NCBI RefSeq assembly: GCF_030028105.1
Contig: NC_092376.1
Span: 50,888,935-50,952,934, forward strand
Reading direction: 5' to 3'
Source of the DNA: Mobula birostris
Taxonomy: Eukaryota
DNA length: 64,000 nucleotides
This document shows, one piece after another, positions 60,475 through 64,000 of this stretch (the first letter of the stretch is position 1; each line of letters opens with the position of its first letter). Made by a program: the position numbers and the translations under genes. Under the pieces are notes generated by a model that made no database searches, was not told where the DNA came from, and saw only the letters and a program-made list of their open reading frames with translations.

Positions 60475-61071
60475 CTGCTTTCTGGTTGTCCTGATTGTCA
60501 ACATCAGTCTGAAATTTCTGTCTTGATGCAGAAAGGAGACAGGACAAGGATTATATACAGCATCTCCAAAATTTTGATTGAAAATACTACTGTGATGCTG
60601 GGCATAGGAAATGGTCTTATGCTACAGATTAGAGTAGGTATTCAGTAGAGGTCCAGGATACACTGATGAATATCCTGCTGATCTAGAGAGAACTGCGGTC
60701 CAGTTGAAGGGGTGCTGCAGTGTGTTGAAGACTTCTGTGCCGATGCATTGCACTGAATTTGGCCGTGCACAATTCTGACCAGTTGTTCAATACACACTCT
60801 CAATGAGCTTGGCTTCGGAAAGGCTATACTTAGAGTTCTATGTCTATTTTGGCCTCCCTTTGAAGCAGCACACATGTGCTTTGTAGGGGAATGAAAAAAG
60901 TTCACTAGATTGATTCTGGGATGACAGAACTGGCCTATATGAAAAAATGTGTGCAAGTGAACTGAGTTTAAGAAATTGAGAGGTCTCATCGAAACATAAA
61001 ATCTCTTGAAAGCTTGACATGTTCAAAGAGTCAATGATTTAGAACTGAGGTGAGAATGTTCTTCCCCTAGA

Positions 61072-61500
61072 GAAACGCAGACTCCTGGAAGAACTCAGTA
61101 AGTCAAGCAGCATCTATAGAGAGAAATGGACAGTCAATGGATTGGGTCATTTTAGGAGTAGAGAGAGAGAGGGAAGATAGCCAGTATAAGAGAGTGGGAA
61201 GAGGGGGTGGATGAAGAGCTGGTGGGTGATAGATGAATCCAGATGAGAGAGGAAAGATAGACAAGTGGGGAAGGGGTGAGGTATAAGAAACTGGCAAGTG
61301 ATAGGTGAAAGTGACAAAGGACTGAAGAAGATGGAATCTGTTAGAAGAAGAGCATGAAACATGGATTAAAGGAAAGGAAGTGAGGAAGGGAACGGGGAAG
61401 GAATGTATGGGTGATGGACAGATTGCGAGGGTGCAGGAGGAGAAAGAGAAGTATATGGGGCTATCAGGAAAGGGAGAATAAAATTAGGGGACAGAATAGA
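61072..61500 (-). mobile_element. Old Penelope-like terminal region
   Basis: ctggaagaactcagtaagtcaagcagcatctatagagagaaatggacagtcaa, then a purine-rich stretch complementary to the 56400-56690 type sequence. Confidence 0.65.
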
Positions 61501-62031
61501 GCTGTGAATATATGAAATTCTCAAAATTGGAGGTATTCATATGGGAGATATTTTTGGAATTGACAGATATAAAATTAAGTTGGAAAAATTAACTGAATAC
61601 AGAGATGTGACCAGGATCATAGTGAATGGATTTCACTGGCCATTCATCCTCTAGGTTTTTTATATTACAACAGCATTTCACTCGTAGCACTATCCATTGG
61701 GAAATTTTGAAGTTGTGAAATATTAACAAAAGTTTTACTTTTTTATTTCTTATGTACTTACTAATTGCAATAAATAGAAATCTAATTCAGAGATGAGATC
61801 CTAAAAGACAAGAATAGGGTAAGTTTTTGCTGCTCAGAAATGAGTCTTTTATGTACCATTGCAGAGTCAAACTAAAGAAGGAAAGGAAAATAATTAGTTC
61901 AGTGCCAAATCATTGACAGAAATCAAAATAAAGAAATGGGATCATGACAGATTAGACAGACTGATAAAAATGGCAGATAATAAAAATAAAATTCTATTTA
62001 TTTTAAAAAGGTATGCAATGTTTAAAATCTG

Positions 62032-62107
62032 AAAGTAATTTTCAAGGTTTTTTGTTTAGAATGTGCTCTTTTGCAGATTCTAAACAAAAAACCTTGAAAA
62101 TTACTTT
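62032..62107. repeat. Near-perfect 76-bp palindrome (35-bp arms, 1 mismatch, 6-nt loop)
   Basis: AAAGTAATTTTCAAGGTTTTTTGTTTAGAATGTGC-tctttt-GCAGATTCTAAACAAAAAACCTTGAAAATTACTTT. Confidence 0.95.
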
Positions 62108-63439
62108 TACAATGTATAGTACAGTATTCAGTATATTTACATCAGATGTGGTAAATTATGCAGTATAACGTGGGTCAAATTGCACAACAAATTGAGTGCC
62201 ACATTAAGACATAACATCCATTCTACTATAAGATCTTGCCTTTGCAAATGCATCTTGAGAACAGTTAAAGTAGTTAGGTAGGAATACAATTTCCATTTGG
62301 CTCTGCTGGTGGTCAAACATTACCTTAGGAAATCGCAAGGGGATAATTTACCTTTGCATAATAGTAATAAAAACTGTAAATGTTGCAAATACTCAGCAGG
62401 TCAGATATGAGAAACAGGGTTAACATATCAGATCAATGGCCTTTTCAACACAGCATGCAGTCTGACCTGTCCAATATTTCTCACATTTTCTCTTTTTTAC
62501 TTTGGAATTTAGGTATTTGGAGTCATTTTATTTATTTTGTATTCCTTTTTAATGTGCAGGTTATGAATGAGTAGGAAAATCCTACCATTTAATTGTTTTT
62601 TCCATAGTAAGCTTGAAAGTTTTGAATTTGCTTCTTATTAGTTTAAGAGACTTTTATATTATTTATGGTAGTTTCTTGTTTTGTTAATGGTGTGTTCAAT
62701 TGTTTACTCTTATTCTAGATATTGTTTGCAATAATTAACGTCCAATTTAAATAGTGCAACATTCAAAGTTCCCCATTCTACTGAACATGGCTTGAATGAT
62801 TCAGTTTTCATTCCTACAAACTGTGTTGACCTCGTTATTTTCTCTCATTTTACTAATGGAACTGTCATGTAAATGGATGTTTATTACAGTTGCCAATTTT
62901 GTACTGCCTTTAGAGATGTTTCTGTGAATGACACATAAATTCTTGACAAAAGACATTTAATAATGATCAATTTTGCTCTTGATGTGAACGTTATGAGTTT
63001 TTTTAAAAAGTTGTAATTAACCTGCCACCAAATAATGTCAAACTGAAGGATAGTCTACAAAAGTGAAAATGATTGCATGTCACACTTGTTCTTAATTTGT
63101 GATGCTCGGCACGCTGCAACATGACTAATGATATTCCACAGTGGAGCTTCCAAACCCATACTCAGCCAAAATATTCAAGGTCACAATAGAGAATATCGGC
63201 AAAACTATGCTGTGATGCAAAGAATGGAACTCACCTGATGACACAATATTTGACTTGTGAATACCCCAAATACAATGCACTCGCGTGGAAATCCTTTGGG
63301 AGAGAGAAGGTTTCTTTGGGAGTCAATGGGAAGGAGCTATGCAGGTGACCAGATCTAGGATATCCCTTTGACCACGTGACTAGAAACTATACATCTTTCT
63401 TGCTCATATTGTGAATGGAAAATGGAGGGTCACTGAGTA

Positions 63440-64000
63440 CTAAAGGTTGGAAAGAGGCTCTTTGGCCCAACTCATCCGTGCCAACCAAGCCAGTCTCATT
63501 TGCTTTCATTTCACCTACTTAAACCTTTCCTTTCCTTGTATCTGTCTAAATGACTTTTGAGTGTGGTAATTGTACATGTCTCAACCACTTTCTATATCCC
63601 CTTATTCCATATACTTACCACCATCTAAGTGAAGAAGTTGCCCTAGGTCTCTTTTAATATGCCAACTCTCTTCTTAAACCTTTACTCTCTAACTTTTAAG
63701 TCTCCTTTCCTGGGAAAAAGACTGCAGGCATTCATCCTACCTATAGCACACATGATCTGGTACATTTCTATAAGGTCACACATAAAGCACTTGTGCTTTA
63801 GGGACTAAAATTCTTGCCTTCCCAACCTCACTCTATAATTCAGGCAGCTACTGGCAGCACTCCAAGTTTAATGATGTCTTTACTCCAAAATGGGGCACCA
63901 GAACTGCATACAATGCTCCAAGTGCAGTCTCACCGTTGTCTTGTAGACAGTAACTGCAACATAACATTCCCATTCCAATACTCAGTGCCAGCATGCTGAA
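63440..64000 (-). mobile_element. CR1 3' part, running off the window end
   Basis: ggggcaccagaactgcatacaatgctccaagtgcagtctcacc is the reverse complement of RLHLEHCMQFWCP. The 3' UTR lies near 63450. Confidence 0.8.

Noticed and set aside
60475-60545. PDCQHQSE peptide faintly recalling the human alpha-2i insert, in the corresponding intron
   Set aside because: The match is only a few residues and rests on recall. It abuts a young CR1 tail and has no GT donor after the candidate segment.
60621-60660. ctacAG|ATT AGA GTA GGT ATT CAG (IRVGIQ) looks like the start of the next GUCY1A2 exon (MRIGIH...)
   Set aside because: A TAG stop follows after six codons, the polypyrimidine tract is weak and no SGSVLAGVVG/PRYCLFG sequence follows in any frame. 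The real exon is probably beyond the window.

Overview
This is eukaryotic vertebrate genomic DNA, AT-rich and CpG-depleted. The repeat repertoire (CR1, Rex1/Babar, HE1-like V-SINEs, Deu-SINEs, Penelope) suggests a cartilaginous fish, probably a ray; that is an inference. The whole window appears to lie inside one + strand gene, soluble guanylate cyclase alpha-2 (GUCY1A2). Two coding exons are present: 38320-38805 (486 nt; PAS/HNOBA end, coiled coil, start of the cyclase domain) and 52749-52892 (144 nt; VETIGDAY). The rest is intronic and largely nested transposable elements. These include many CR1 copies (one near full-length with an SGNH-esterase ORF1), Rex1/Babar, an L1 with TSD, a near full-length RTE inside a solo LTR, a sushi-like Gypsy inside a Tigger-like element, a 71-bp Tc1 MITE, SINEs and Penelope-like elements. 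A degenerate tRNA-Trp(CCA) sits in a small CpG-rich patch. The most notable signal is a set of Penelope-derived minimal hammerhead ribozymes. One is a 270-bp TSD-flanked fold-back element with a hammerhead on each strand, whose sense copy carries a U3-A8 covariation. Its left arm also forms an inverted pair with another copy across the catalytic 144-nt exon. There are no prokaryotic or CRISPR features. Repeat boundaries were estimated by eye.
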